Notes: generated by a model not told the origin, from the letters alone. Counted from the first letter of the stretch, positions 9,713-19,578 are shown. The stretch is DNA of 64,000 nt from Bacteroidia bacterium (GCA_965279035.1 OZ257142.1:824682-888681); one strand, 5' to 3'. A program made the numbers and translations.

Positions 9713-10715
9713 GTAGTGTTTTAAAGCGGAACTTTAATTTTTCTTTTGAAGTTGGCAGATAAATCTTGCTAAATGCCGATTTATTGAAAATACTCCAACC
9801 TTGCTTCAGTGTTTCTTTATTGTTATAACACAAATGAAAAAAACGGATTGCTAAATAGTTCTGAAACGCTTGTTTAGGAATAAATCCACTTTGATTATTG
9901 GCAAGCAGAATTTTCTCTATCAATACTCTTAATTGCTCCATTTGAGTGGAATCTAAGCTCCAGTCAACATTAGCAAATCTTCCATACAGATTTATTTCAT
10001 CAATGGATAATTCAATGCCCATGGAACGAAACTGCTTTTGTTTCACTTTGGCGCAGGTATCCTGCATTGTTTGGGCATATTTATTCGAAATGTTTTTTGG
10101 ATGATCTCGTTTTAGAACAAGTAATTCTTGAATGTTAGAAAGCTTGCAATAATCGCTCAGCCGTACCCAAAATTCATAATCTTCTCCATGAACAAATTCT
10201 GGATCAAAGAATAAATTGTTTTGACGTAAAACAGAAGTTCTAATAGCCGCAGTTGGATGAGAAATATGAGTTTGATATAAATGCCGAATTCGGATTTCTG
10301 TATCGTCTTGGCTGTATTTTACAACTTTAGATTCGATGTGTTCTCCAAAATCCTCAAACCAAGTCCCAATTAGGCCGTAATCAGGGTTTTTATCTAAGAA
10401 TTCAACTTGTTTCTCAATACGTTGAGGAAGACTAATGTCATCCTGGTCCATGCGGATAATATATTCACCAATGCATTTTTCTAGACCAATATTGAGAGAA
10501 GCAATTAAGCCTTTATTTGAATCATTGTTGATTAGGCGAATTCGATTATCCTGAAAGCTTTGTATTACATCGATGCTTCGATCGGTTGATCCATCATTCA
10601 CAATCACAAATTCAAAATCACGATATGTTTGATCGAGAATACTTTGTATTGCAGCAACAAGGTCATCTCCGGCATTATAAACCGGCATAAATACAGAAAC
10701 GCGTGGATTGGCCAT
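9705..10715 (-). CDS. Glycosyltransferase family 2
   Basis: Contains 'VSVFMPVYNAG', 'VNDGSTDRS' and 'RMDQDD'. The start was moved to M14 (10715) to remove the overlap with the upstream gene. Confidence 0.8.
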   Translation of the reverse strand: MANPRVSVFMPVYNAGDDLVAAIQSILDQTYRDFEFVIVNDGSTDRSIDVIQSFQDNRIRLINNDSNKGLIASLNIGLEKCIGEYIIRMDQDDISLPQRIEKQVEFLDKNPDYGLIGTWFEDFGEHIESKVVKYSQDDTEIRIRHLYQTHISHPTAAIRTSVLRQNNLFFDPEFVHGEDYEFWVRLSDYCKLSNIQELLVLKRDHPKNISNKYAQTMQDTCAKVKQKQFRSMGIELSIDEINLYGRFANVDWSLDSTQMEQLRVLIEKILLANNQSGFIPKQAFQNYLAIRFFHLCYNNKETLKQGWSIFNKSAFSKIYLPTSKEKLKFRFKTLLG

Positions 10716-10717
10716 CT

Positions 10718-11656
10718 TTAAGAACGCGGCAAAGATACAAGCATTTCTCGCCAAAGTTCTTCAATCCCTTTTTCAAGTTCGATTTTGGCTTGCCATCCTG
10801 TAAGTGTATTGATTTTATTGACGTTTAGGATGTTTGTAGGCGTATCTACAGCACGTGATGGGAGATATTTTACGGGAAAGTTTTGTTGAGTTGCTAAACG
10901 TATTTTCTCGAGTACCTCATTCACCGTTGAACCTACTCCTGAACCAATATTTAGAATTTCATTTTGAATTGGATGTTTCAAAATAAATTCAATTCCTCTG
11001 CATAAATCTTGAATGTGAATATAATCTCTTACCACATTTCCATCACCCCAGATTTCAACCGGCTGTTCTTGAATTAACTTTCCTAAAGTAACAGCAATTA
11101 AGCCTTGTTTACCATATAGATTCTGTCCAGATCCATAAGGATTGGAAGGGCGAACAATCACATAATCAAGTCCGAGATTTCTTGATTGGAAACGGATATA
11201 TTCCTCCATAGCCAATTTTGAAAATCCGTAATAATTAATGGGTGCTGTTACTGATGTTTCACTATTTACTTCTTGACCATTATTCCCATAGATAGCGCCA
11301 CCTGTAGAGAAGAACATCAATTTTTTACTTCCATGTTGAAGCATTCCATTTACTAATTCAAATCCAGCAAGTAGATTCAAATCTTGTTCTTTTTGAAAAT
11401 CATTAAATCCGGAGGATGGTATGAGACTACAAGCTAAATGGATAACCCTATCGAATGGACCTTTTTGAAGACATGAATGAAGAAAATGACGATCGGTAAT
11501 GTCTCCAATATATTCGATGTAGGGAAATTCAATTAGCTTATCAGAGGTAAAAGGGAACTTATCGCAAATATGAATTTCATATCCTTCATCGGAAAGATGA
11601 GAAGCGAGATTTCGGCCAATAAAACCGTTACCACCAAGGATGAGAATACGCGACAT
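10718..11656 (-). CDS. NAD-dependent sugar-nucleotide epimerase/dehydratase (extended SDR)
   Basis: Contains the Rossmann motif 'ILILGGNGFIGRNL' and a YxxxK catalytic motif. Confidence 0.8.
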   Translation of the reverse strand: MSRILILGGNGFIGRNLASHLSDEGYEIHICDKFPFTSDKLIEFPYIEYIGDITDRHFLHSCLQKGPFDRVIHLACSLIPSSGFNDFQKEQDLNLLAGFELVNGMLQHGSKKLMFFSTGGAIYGNNGQEVNSETSVTAPINYYGFSKLAMEEYIRFQSRNLGLDYVIVRPSNPYGSGQNLYGKQGLIAVTLGKLIQEQPVEIWGDGNVVRDYIHIQDLCRGIEFILKHPIQNEILNIGSGVGSTVNEVLEKIRLATQQNFPVKYLPSRAVDTPTNILNVNKINTLTGWQAKIELEKGIEELWREMLVSLPRS

Positions 11657-11687
11657 GATCGCGAAGATAATAATTTCGTTGATTAAG

Positions 11688-12578
11688 TTAGATGCGTCTC
11701 CAATTTGAAGGTATCAAATCAGAGGTATTTCGAACATCATCGGCGAACCATTTTACAGGGCAAATTACCTTTTTAGTCCTTGATGGATTTAACCAAGCGC
11801 CCCACCAACTAAAGCTACTATTTGCCGTAATGTGGTGTTTGCACATGCTCATCAGTTGCATATCGATATATGCCAAATCACCTTGATTATTATCGATATA
11901 ATGAACAGGCCAGCTTAATTTTAAATTGATTTTACACCATTCGGGATCATCTGAGAAAATGAAAAAAACAGGATCTATTTCATTTTCTGCGATCAATTTA
12001 GCTGCACTTTCATAATAGTCAATCCCACACGAACCGTGCGTTTTAGCCACATCGGGATTATTTACCATATCGGTTCTTCTTACATGCAGGGAAATAGCAT
12101 TCGACTGTTTAATTAATTGTTCCCAATGCTTATTTTTATCGCTTAATGGATATTTAAATCGAAAATCATTTCGAATTTGATTCTCCTGATTTTTAAAATA
12201 TTTCTCTGATTGCCAGTATCCAATGAGGTAAATATTGCTAGAAGCCTTTGTGAAATTTGCATCATAATGAAAGAACGGTTCTTTATAAACCAATTTCTTA
12301 TGATTGGGTTTCATTGAATCTAATTTGGTTCTTATTTTTCCTGGAATGCTTGTTATATCAGGTTTAAGGAAATAATCAATTTCTTTTCTCGAAGCCAATT
12401 CAGGTTGAAGCATGTATGGATCGAGTCCATAATTCCGTGGAGTTTGTTTTTCAATATCCAGTTCAAACCATGTTTTATCTAATTTCAACGAAGTGTTTTT
12501 CTCCATCGATAAGGCTTTCCCTGCAGCATATTGAAATAGTTGATTACCCAATCCACTAATTAGTTCAATGATTATCAT
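11688..12578 (-). CDS. Alpha-1,2-fucosyltransferase, glycosyltransferase family 11
   Basis: The three GT11 motifs are present: 'GLGNQLFQYA', 'HVRRTDMV' and 'ITANSSFSWWGAWL' (compare FutC 'GGLGNQMFQYA', 'HIRRGDYV', 'IIANSTYSWWAAYL'). Start chosen at M12. Confidence 0.85.
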   Translation of the reverse strand: MIIIELISGLGNQLFQYAAGKALSMEKNTSLKLDKTWFELDIEKQTPRNYGLDPYMLQPELASRKEIDYFLKPDITSIPGKIRTKLDSMKPNHKKLVYKEPFFHYDANFTKASSNIYLIGYWQSEKYFKNQENQIRNDFRFKYPLSDKNKHWEQLIKQSNAISLHVRRTDMVNNPDVAKTHGSCGIDYYESAAKLIAENEIDPVFFIFSDDPEWCKINLKLSWPVHYIDNNQGDLAYIDMQLMSMCKHHITANSSFSWWGAWLNPSRTKKVICPVKWFADDVRNTSDLIPSNWRRI

Positions 12579-13527
12579 GATTTTTTTGTTGAATTTGAAT
12601 CCATTTCCCAAGAAATTTAATTGCTAATTGATTATTTAATTTAGAAATAAAACAATAAAGTGAAATAAACGCAGGAATTGTTCCTCGAAATCCGGCAGTT
12701 CGAATTTCTTGAATAGACCGAATCTTATAGGTTTGCATGAGAAACAATAAACGTTCGTTGAATATTACTTTATCATCAGAATTTAAAATGGATTTTAATT
12801 TATCATAACAATAAAAGAATTCTTTTAACTCCACATTTTTATTGTCGCGTAGAGTATTTGTTAATTGAAGTGGATGTTGATCAGAAGTAATAATTAAAGG
12901 TTCATCAATTGCATAACTTCCATATTTATAGATGAATTGCATATAACTTTCGATGTCAACCAACCAAATTAAGTTGGAGTCAAACGGGATAAATGCTTCG
13001 CGTTTTATAATCGTTGCAGATGGCGCACCAATAATATTCGCGTGAAATAATACAGAAGGTTGCTGATTGATGTTTTTGATTTTAGAATCATTGGTATTAT
13101 AAAGCAATTTTTCTCCAGTCAAGGTGTTGAAAATAAAACTCTTGCAGAACAAAAATACTTGATCGGGATGTTCTTTAATTGCCCAAACAAATCGTTCCAA
13201 GGCAAGTGAATTTTCAAACCAATCGTCATGATGCATTATTTTAATCCATGTTCCTTGTGCATGTGTAACAGAAGAATTCCAATTCTCAGGAGAACCTTTT
13301 GATGGCTGGTTATGAAAATAGTGCAGATCGAAATTCCAAGATTTCTCTTTAGTGACATTCAAAACGGATCCATCTTGACTGTCATCCGAAAGAATCACTT
13401 CAAAATCTCTGAACGTTTGAACTTCAATAGATTCAAGCAATCTTCTTAGATCATCGGGTTGTTTATACGCTGGAATACAAATAGAAATGAATGGCGTCAT
13501 TTTTTCAGCTTGAAAGAGTTTCTCCAT
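12565..13527 (-). CDS. Glycosyltransferase family 2
   Basis: Contains 'ISICIPAYKQ' ... 'ILSDDSQDGS'. Confidence 0.75.
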   Translation of the reverse strand: MEKLFQAEKMTPFISICIPAYKQPDDLRRLLESIEVQTFRDFEVILSDDSQDGSVLNVTKEKSWNFDLHYFHNQPSKGSPENWNSSVTHAQGTWIKIMHHDDWFENSLALERFVWAIKEHPDQVFLFCKSFIFNTLTGEKLLYNTNDSKIKNINQQPSVLFHANIIGAPSATIIKREAFIPFDSNLIWLVDIESYMQFIYKYGSYAIDEPLIITSDQHPLQLTNTLRDNKNVELKEFFYCYDKLKSILNSDDKVIFNERLLFLMQTYKIRSIQEIRTAGFRGTIPAFISLYCFISKLNNQLAIKFLGKWIQIQQKNHDNH

Positions 13528-13644
13528 TTTTATTTACACATATTCAATGAAGCCTTTTCATGATGGTCCAATGATTTTTGAGCAGTATGTTTTTCAAATA
13601 AACAAAAAGAGAACTAGAAATTGGAGTTGATAATTTTAATTCCC

Positions 13645-13675
13645 TGACATACAGCAATATGTCAAAAATATGTCA
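13645..13675. promoter_or_regulatory. Candidate operator: inverted repeat TGACATA-N6-TATGTCA followed by a third direct copy of TATGTCA
   Basis: Read directly from the 180-nt intergenic gap between two GT2 genes, upstream of the gene ending at 13527. Confidence 0.3.
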
Positions 13676-13706
13676 CATCTTAAAAACAAAAAAATGATTG
13701 TGGATG

Positions 13707-14696
13707 TTAGAAGAGTGTAGCGTTAGTTTGATTTAGGTATTGGGGTGGGTCTTCATTGATCTGCCCCAATTTTTTTCTGCTTCTTAGCAAGCTACTAATG
13801 AATAGTTTCTTTGAAATAACCCAGCTAAAGCACAATGAAATCCCTCGTATTCCTGGATGGATTTCACGAAGAATTTTGAACATTAACGGGCTTGGGGCAC
13901 TTTTCAAATTATTCTCCTTGATAATTACAGTTAAGTATCTCAAGTAAACTTGTTGTAAATGAATTCGTCTGTTGATTGCATGTTTTCCCGGTAAGATTAG
14001 AATTGCTTTCAACATGGGAATTACGAGCTTTAATTCTTGCCAAGTTGAAGAACCGGGATGCACTCGATAAAGAATCAAGGCCTCTGAAATACTTAAGAAA
14101 GAACAGCCCTTTTCAAGTAATAGCGTCCAAAGTAGATAATCCTCACAATTTTGGATTTCTAATTCTTCTGGAAACATTCCTTTAGAAAACAAGACCTCCT
14201 TTTTAACCAATACAGAAGACGTTGGGATTTTATTTTGAGCGTGAAATTCTTGAACTGCTTCTTCTCCTTGGTACACTTTATTTTGAACTCCAAAACGATG
14301 TTCTCTTAAATCCATTTGATTGGATAAACAGATAAAGCCATCGGTAAAACTCAAATCATAATTCCCTTTTATGGTTTCCTCCAATTGAAATTTCAACTTC
14401 CCGGGCAACCAAATGTCATCCGAATCTAAAAAGGCTATCCAAACCCCTTTTGCTAGTTTAATTCCTGTATTTCGAGCCTTTCCTTGACGTCCGTTGGCTT
14501 GTTTGATTAAACGAATTCGTGAATCTGAAGCGCTTAGTTTTTCGACTACTTCAAGCGTAATATCTGTAGATCCATCGTCTACAATAATTAGTTCCCAAGA
14601 GGAATAATCTTGAATTTGAATCGACTGAACTGTAGTTTCTAAATAGTCGGCACAATTGTATGCAGGTATGATAATGGAAACGATCGGATTTTCCAT
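13707..14696 (-). CDS. Glycosyltransferase family 2
   Basis: Contains 'VSIIIPAYNCADYL', 'VDDGSTDIT' and 'LDSDD'. Confidence 0.8.
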   Translation of the reverse strand: MENPIVSIIIPAYNCADYLETTVQSIQIQDYSSWELIIVDDGSTDITLEVVEKLSASDSRIRLIKQANGRQGKARNTGIKLAKGVWIAFLDSDDIWLPGKLKFQLEETIKGNYDLSFTDGFICLSNQMDLREHRFGVQNKVYQGEEAVQEFHAQNKIPTSSVLVKKEVLFSKGMFPEELEIQNCEDYLLWTLLLEKGCSFLSISEALILYRVHPGSSTWQELKLVIPMLKAILILPGKHAINRRIHLQQVYLRYLTVIIKENNLKSAPSPLMFKILREIHPGIRGISLCFSWVISKKLFISSLLRSRKKLGQINEDPPQYLNQTNATLF

Positions 14697-14697
14697 A

Positions 14698-16173
14698 TCA
14701 ACTAAAATTCGACATCGATTTCAAAACTCTTTTTTCACGAATGCGAGCTTCAAGTTTTGGTGAAACAGAGATAAATTTTCGAAATAACCTCATAATCAAA
14801 GGAGGTTTGTCGCTTAATACTTCGCCCATAAACATCCCTTTTTCTACATCAATGGATTTGAAATGTTTAAATGGAATTCCAAATGTTTGGATGTAGAATC
14901 CGTATTTCAATGCACCTAATTTGGGCATAGGTTCAATATGATCTTTTATCATCCCACATAATTCTTCATGCGAGTTGGGTTCGTATGTTGAGCCAAGCGA
15001 TTTATAGTAGGAATTAGAAGCTAAAATGGAGGGTTTTCCCCAATATGTTGCTTCAATTCCAGCGGAAGATCCAAATGAAATAGCCTTCTCACTTAAATCC
15101 ATAATCAAATAAGTACTTATTTGAGATTCAGCAGTAATGACTGTTAAATTGGGATAATTGAGCTCGTATAAATCAGTTTTATGATGCGACGTTACCGTTT
15201 TGAAATTGGGATGAATTCTCAAATAAAAATGAAAATTGGAATCATCTTTAAAGCTTTCTACAATCTTTTTTATCCCTGTAATTTGATCAGGATAAATAAT
15301 CTTTTCTTCATCTTGATAAATAGCAGCGAGCTCATCATCCGAAGAATGTAAAATCAGCACATTCCGTTTGTCATTATTCCAATCGGGAGGCAATGTTTTA
15401 ACATGATCTTTCGTAAAAGAGTACCAGTTGGTAATTACTCCGACTCTTCGATTATCGTAGAATTTCTTTCCTTCCTCATTTCGGAATTTCTCATCTGCAT
15501 TTTCCCAAGATTCATTAACTGCACGAAAATTAAAGTCAAGATCAGATATTGCTTCGTTGATTGTGACCGAGTATTTATCTAAAGAACTTCCTCTTTCATG
15601 TAAATAGCAATCAATACCTAATTCTTTACATGCAGTAAAGACAGCCGCTGTATGTGCGAATCGACCACTAAAAGCATATACACGATCGGGTTTTTCCTTC
15701 TTCAATACATTGAGTATAGAATAATAAACACCAGCACTACTAATGATGTAATTCTTGAGTGTTGGCTTAAACTGATCAAGTGATGGACTTGGATCTCGTG
15801 TTATAGCAATGATGGAATTGATAATCCCAAAACCTAAGCGAAAATTCCCAACAGTGAGCTTTCTCAACTCTTCCATTCCACTAATATCTTTAGGAATATT
15901 AGCTATAATGGATTTTTGTTCAGAGTCAAGAGCTGGCAGTGGAATAGAGCGAATTGGTTTTTTTAAGAGTTGCAAACCATGTTGATGTTTTGCTAAACAT
16001 AAATCACATTTCTCCGGAACCATGAATGGATTCAGATCGCAATTTGGAAGTTGAGCATTGCAATAAACTTGAATTATTTCATGTCCTTCATCCGAAAGAT
16101 TCGTGATTAATTCTAGTTCAGTTTCGTAATGCGAAACCCATTGAAGATGTGAATTGAAAAAAAGTATTTTCAT
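14698..16173 (-). CDS. Putative GT-B glycosyltransferase of the KpsS/Capsule_synth-like type (candidate nonulosonic-acid transferase) with an N-terminal Cys cluster
   Basis: 491 aa. Cys pairs lie near the N-terminus ('CNAQLPNC', 'CDLC'). An 'LRIHPNFK' HP-type motif and the overall length resemble the Capsule_synth (KpsS/KpsC/LpsZ) family. The assignment is weak. Confidence 0.35.
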   Translation of the reverse strand: MKILFFNSHLQWVSHYETELELITNLSDEGHEIIQVYCNAQLPNCDLNPFMVPEKCDLCLAKHQHGLQLLKKPIRSIPLPALDSEQKSIIANIPKDISGMEELRKLTVGNFRLGFGIINSIIAITRDPSPSLDQFKPTLKNYIISSAGVYYSILNVLKKEKPDRVYAFSGRFAHTAAVFTACKELGIDCYLHERGSSLDKYSVTINEAISDLDFNFRAVNESWENADEKFRNEEGKKFYDNRRVGVITNWYSFTKDHVKTLPPDWNNDKRNVLILHSSDDELAAIYQDEEKIIYPDQITGIKKIVESFKDDSNFHFYLRIHPNFKTVTSHHKTDLYELNYPNLTVITAESQISTYLIMDLSEKAISFGSSAGIEATYWGKPSILASNSYYKSLGSTYEPNSHEELCGMIKDHIEPMPKLGALKYGFYIQTFGIPFKHFKSIDVEKGMFMGEVLSDKPPLIMRLFRKFISVSPKLEARIREKRVLKSMSNFS

Positions 16174-16877
16174 CTTTCAATGCCTCTAATGAGCATAAAT
16201 GCTTCTGCGAAATTGCTTCCTACATAAACGCCCCAGTTTTTAGCTCTAACTTTTAGTGCTTCAGGTGAACGAGGATGTGGAAAAGCGCGACGTTCAAATT
16301 CATAGCTCTCCATCCCTTTAATTTTAGCATCGATATCTTCTTCTTCTACCACAAAAAAGTAATTCGGGAGAAAAGGATTGGGATAATTAAATGCTTGCCA
16401 TTCAGTTGATGAAGGCGTTTCAAAGCAAAAAAGATACTTTACAGGTTCATGCATCATTGGTCTGATAGCAGTAACCACCGCTTCAAAAGTTCTGCGATGA
16501 TCTATGTTTGTATCACCACCATGATGGGTGAAAATGACTTCTGGATTAAAGTCTTCTTTTTCTTTTTCAATCACCTTGATAATATCCAGTAAATCGACTG
16601 AATCAAAACGATTGTCGGCGAATTCGTATGTTGAAACTGACTCAAATCCGATGGCTTGACGGGCGTTTTCAATATTGGATTTATGAATGGCTAATTCGGC
16701 TTCCCATTTGGCTTGATCGCGTTGATCGGAGCGAGATGTAATGCCTTCTCCAAGAATAATCACTCGAATTTTGCAATTCTTTTGATGAATTAAATGGTGC
16801 ATCGTTCCTCCACATCCTAATAATTCATCATCCGGATGAGCAACAACTAATAGAATTCTTTTTTCTTTTAAGTCCAT
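16170..16877 (-). CDS. PIG-L/LmbE family N-acetyl-sugar deacetylase
   Basis: Contains the zinc-binding signature 'VVAHPDDELLGCGG'. Confidence 0.8.
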   Translation of the reverse strand: MDLKEKRILLVVAHPDDELLGCGGTMHHLIHQKNCKIRVIILGEGITSRSDQRDQAKWEAELAIHKSNIENARQAIGFESVSTYEFADNRFDSVDLLDIIKVIEKEKEDFNPEVIFTHHGGDTNIDHRRTFEAVVTAIRPMMHEPVKYLFCFETPSSTEWQAFNYPNPFLPNYFFVVEEEDIDAKIKGMESYEFERRAFPHPRSPEALKVRAKNWGVYVGSNFAEAFMLIRGIER

Positions 16878-16950
16878 TTGAATTAATTCAAGGAAATTTG
16901 TTCAATTTAAATTTAGGATTTGATTGAAAATCAACGAATAAGAAAGTGGT

Positions 16951-17823
16951 TTAAACTTCATTAATCCAAGATGGTTTGTTCTCCCATAAGTGTGTTAGCA
17001 CTTCGGGAAATGGTTTGAGCCATCTCAATAGTTCCTTACTTGGATGATATACTTGTTCATCTTTTTGTCCATCATCCTCAATTTCAATTTCAAGCTTAGA
17101 TTCGGGAAGATTGGACACTAAGTGTATGAAACCTGCTGTTGAAATTGTATCTCTTCCTGATGCAATAAAAACCCCCGACAACTTATTTTCAGCTACTCGA
17201 ATTAAGCATTCACTTGCTTCTTCAGCGGAAATATAATTCCGATACGATTCGAGACGTTTGGCTTGAAGTACTTGACCTGCATTTCCTTTAGCAGCAGCAA
17301 GTAGCATCCGATTCCAAAAGAGTGTTGGTTTGATTTGCCATCCCCAAATTCCTGCAATACGAAGGATTGCTTGTTTCTCTGGTTCTAAAACTATTTTCCA
17401 AACATTTTCAGCCGCAATTTTTCCTGCTCCATACAAGTTGGATGGCTCTGCCCAAGTCGTATCATCAACCGAAATTAATGATTGTGAATATACATTGACG
17501 CCACTTACCAAAACGGAAAATCCGATTCCTGAATTTCTTGCCCAAGTTGCCAAGTTTATTGCCATTGCAGCATTTTCTAGCAAGCCTTCGGGATCAAACC
17601 ATTTAACCGATGCAGCCGCATGAATGAGTATAGTATTGGCCGGATCGCTCAGTGAAATCTTTTCTGAAAGTTGTTTTGTCGCATCATTACTACATAGATC
17701 AATTCCACCAGCTCTTGGGGAAGAAATGGGGATGATTTCAGCATTGGGAAAAAGCGTTTTTGCTTGATTGATGATCGCCTTTCCAAGAAATCCAGAAGCT
17801 CCTGTAATAATAATCGATTTCAT
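16951..17823 (-). CDS. NAD(P)-binding sugar-nucleotide reductase/epimerase-like protein (RmlD-like)
   Basis: Contains the Rossmann motif 'IIITGASGFLGKAI' and YxxxK 'YGAGK'. Confidence 0.55.
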   Translation of the reverse strand: MKSIIITGASGFLGKAIINQAKTLFPNAEIIPISSPRAGGIDLCSNDATKQLSEKISLSDPANTILIHAAASVKWFDPEGLLENAAMAINLATWARNSGIGFSVLVSGVNVYSQSLISVDDTTWAEPSNLYGAGKIAAENVWKIVLEPEKQAILRIAGIWGWQIKPTLFWNRMLLAAAKGNAGQVLQAKRLESYRNYISAEEASECLIRVAENKLSGVFIASGRDTISTAGFIHLVSNLPESKLEIEIEDDGQKDEQVYHPSKELLRWLKPFPEVLTHLWENKPSWINEV

Positions 17824-17829
17824 TCTTAA

Positions 17830-18750
17830 TCACGAAATATGTGGTCGCACATCAAATTTTGTAGCTAGAATCGCATTTTCAGGAAGCAAGCATGGAATTC
17901 CTCCAACGATAGGATAAGCAAGTAAACCTTCGGGAGAATAATAACAATCGGCTCGTTTCTCCAATTTTGTTTTAGTAATTGGACAGGAAACTGGTGTATC
18001 AATTTTTGACGAATTATTCTCGTTCTCCACCGAAATCAAAATAATTCCTGAAGGATTCAAAGGAGTCATGATGCATTCCATCAATTGATACATTTCAATC
18101 TTCATCCCGAGCTTTTCGGCAGTTGCTTTCAAATTTCTCACATATCCATGATGACGCATGCGCTCTTGTGCCGCTTCGGTTGCGAGCTCATAAATAGGCT
18201 CAAAAAGAACGAGGTATTTTTTGGTCACCCGAAATAATTCTTTCAATATTTCTTCCTCTCTACTACCATTAGGCTCTATTGCATGTGAGGTAAAAACGAC
18301 ATCAACCGATTTATCTGCAAGTGGAATATTAAATAAATCACCCGTAAATAAATTGGCATGTCCAAAACCTTTGTTTTGAAGATACATTTTCGCGAAACTG
18401 ACTCTTGACCAAGAGATGTCAAAACCATAAATATTGGATGGTTTATTATTGAGAAGAGGAAGCATATTTCCCAAGGTTGTAGCTTCTCCAATACCTGCTT
18501 CTAAAATAGAATCGAATGGACCAATTTTATTGAGAATGGATGCGATTTCGCTGCAGTAAACTAAATTCTTATCATGATTTTCGTTGGCGTATTGAATGTA
18601 ATTTCCAGTTTGAAAATCATAACTAATTTGAATTGCTTCGGTTGTATTGTATTGAGTTTTCTCAATATCACGAAGTAAATTGATGATATTCTCTCCCTTA
18701 CTGTAACTCTCTTTTACATGCAAAAGATGTTTGTATAATTTATTATTCAT
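17830..18750 (-). CDS. Class I SAM-dependent methyltransferase fused to a C-terminal Trm112-like zinc-ribbon domain
   Basis: Motif I 'LEAGIGEAT'. The C-terminal 'CPITK..L......YYS..GL.YPI..GIP.LL' resembles DUF343/Trm112. Confidence 0.6.
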   Translation of the reverse strand: MNNKLYKHLLHVKESYSKGENIINLLRDIEKTQYNTTEAIQISYDFQTGNYIQYANENHDKNLVYCSEIASILNKIGPFDSILEAGIGEATTLGNMLPLLNNKPSNIYGFDISWSRVSFAKMYLQNKGFGHANLFTGDLFNIPLADKSVDVVFTSHAIEPNGSREEEILKELFRVTKKYLVLFEPIYELATEAAQERMRHHGYVRNLKATAEKLGMKIEMYQLMECIMTPLNPSGIILISVENENNSSKIDTPVSCPITKTKLEKRADCYYSPEGLLAYPIVGGIPCLLPENAILATKFDVRPHIS

Positions 18751-18816
18751 CAGCGTCTTTTTTTAAATTGAAAACAAAATTCAAAAATGATTTATCAAGC
18801 GAAAGAATTCATATTC

Positions 18817-19545
18817 TCATACTTTGAGTAGTTTATTCATTAATTCTTGTTTTGAAATATTTCCACTCATTAATATTTCATAACTCTTTTCTCCGCAATT
18901 AAACATTAAATCAAATACAGTCATATAGGGCTCAAAAGCACCGTATTTCTGAGGATATACAGGATGATTGTAGCTTTGGAAATCGATTTGAATTCCTTCG
19001 TTGTGAAATGAATCCGCATTCGCATAATTTTTTCCTAATGCACCAAAAAGAAATAACTCAGGCTTTACTTTTTTACACATATCCAACACTAAATCTGATT
19101 TTTTCCCTGTTAAATCTAAATCATGACCGTAAAGAATATCTACATGGATATTTAAATCTTTTAAAATAAACCGTAGAATATAATCATTGAGTTCCGCTAA
19201 ATACTCCCAATCCATGCTATATAATTCACGGAAAAATGAAATGTATTTATCGTAATATAAGGTCTTTGAATAATTGTATTCTATCGACCGTAAATGCTTT
19301 TTTTTCCAATTCCGTTTATTGTCAATTTGTAAATCTTGAAGTTTAATATCAATTTTACCATATGTATAAACAGGAACAGTAAGCCAGAGAGGACCTTTAG
19401 AAGTTTTTATTTTATTTCGACTGTTCCAATCTTCTTTCAAATATTGAACAGTATCAAAAACTACATAGGCATCTGAAACGGCAATTTTATGAATCAATCC
19501 ACACCAAGGCAAATAAACTGGTTGATGGGAAGTGAGGATTTTCAT
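18817..19545 (-). CDS. WbqC-family protein (function unknown; recurrent in O-antigen loci)
   Basis: The N-terminus 'ILTSHQPVYLPWCGLIHKI...DAYVVFDTVQY' matches the WbqC-like family signature. Confidence 0.7.
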   Translation of the reverse strand: MKILTSHQPVYLPWCGLIHKIAVSDAYVVFDTVQYLKEDWNSRNKIKTSKGPLWLTVPVYTYGKIDIKLQDLQIDNKRNWKKKHLRSIEYNYSKTLYYDKYISFFRELYSMDWEYLAELNDYILRFILKDLNIHVDILYGHDLDLTGKKSDLVLDMCKKVKPELFLFGALGKNYANADSFHNEGIQIDFQSYNHPVYPQKYGAFEPYMTVFDLMFNCGEKSYEILMSGNISKQELMNKLLKV

Positions 19546-19578
19546 TGGATTGATTCTTCAAAAATGGATGATCGTGTA

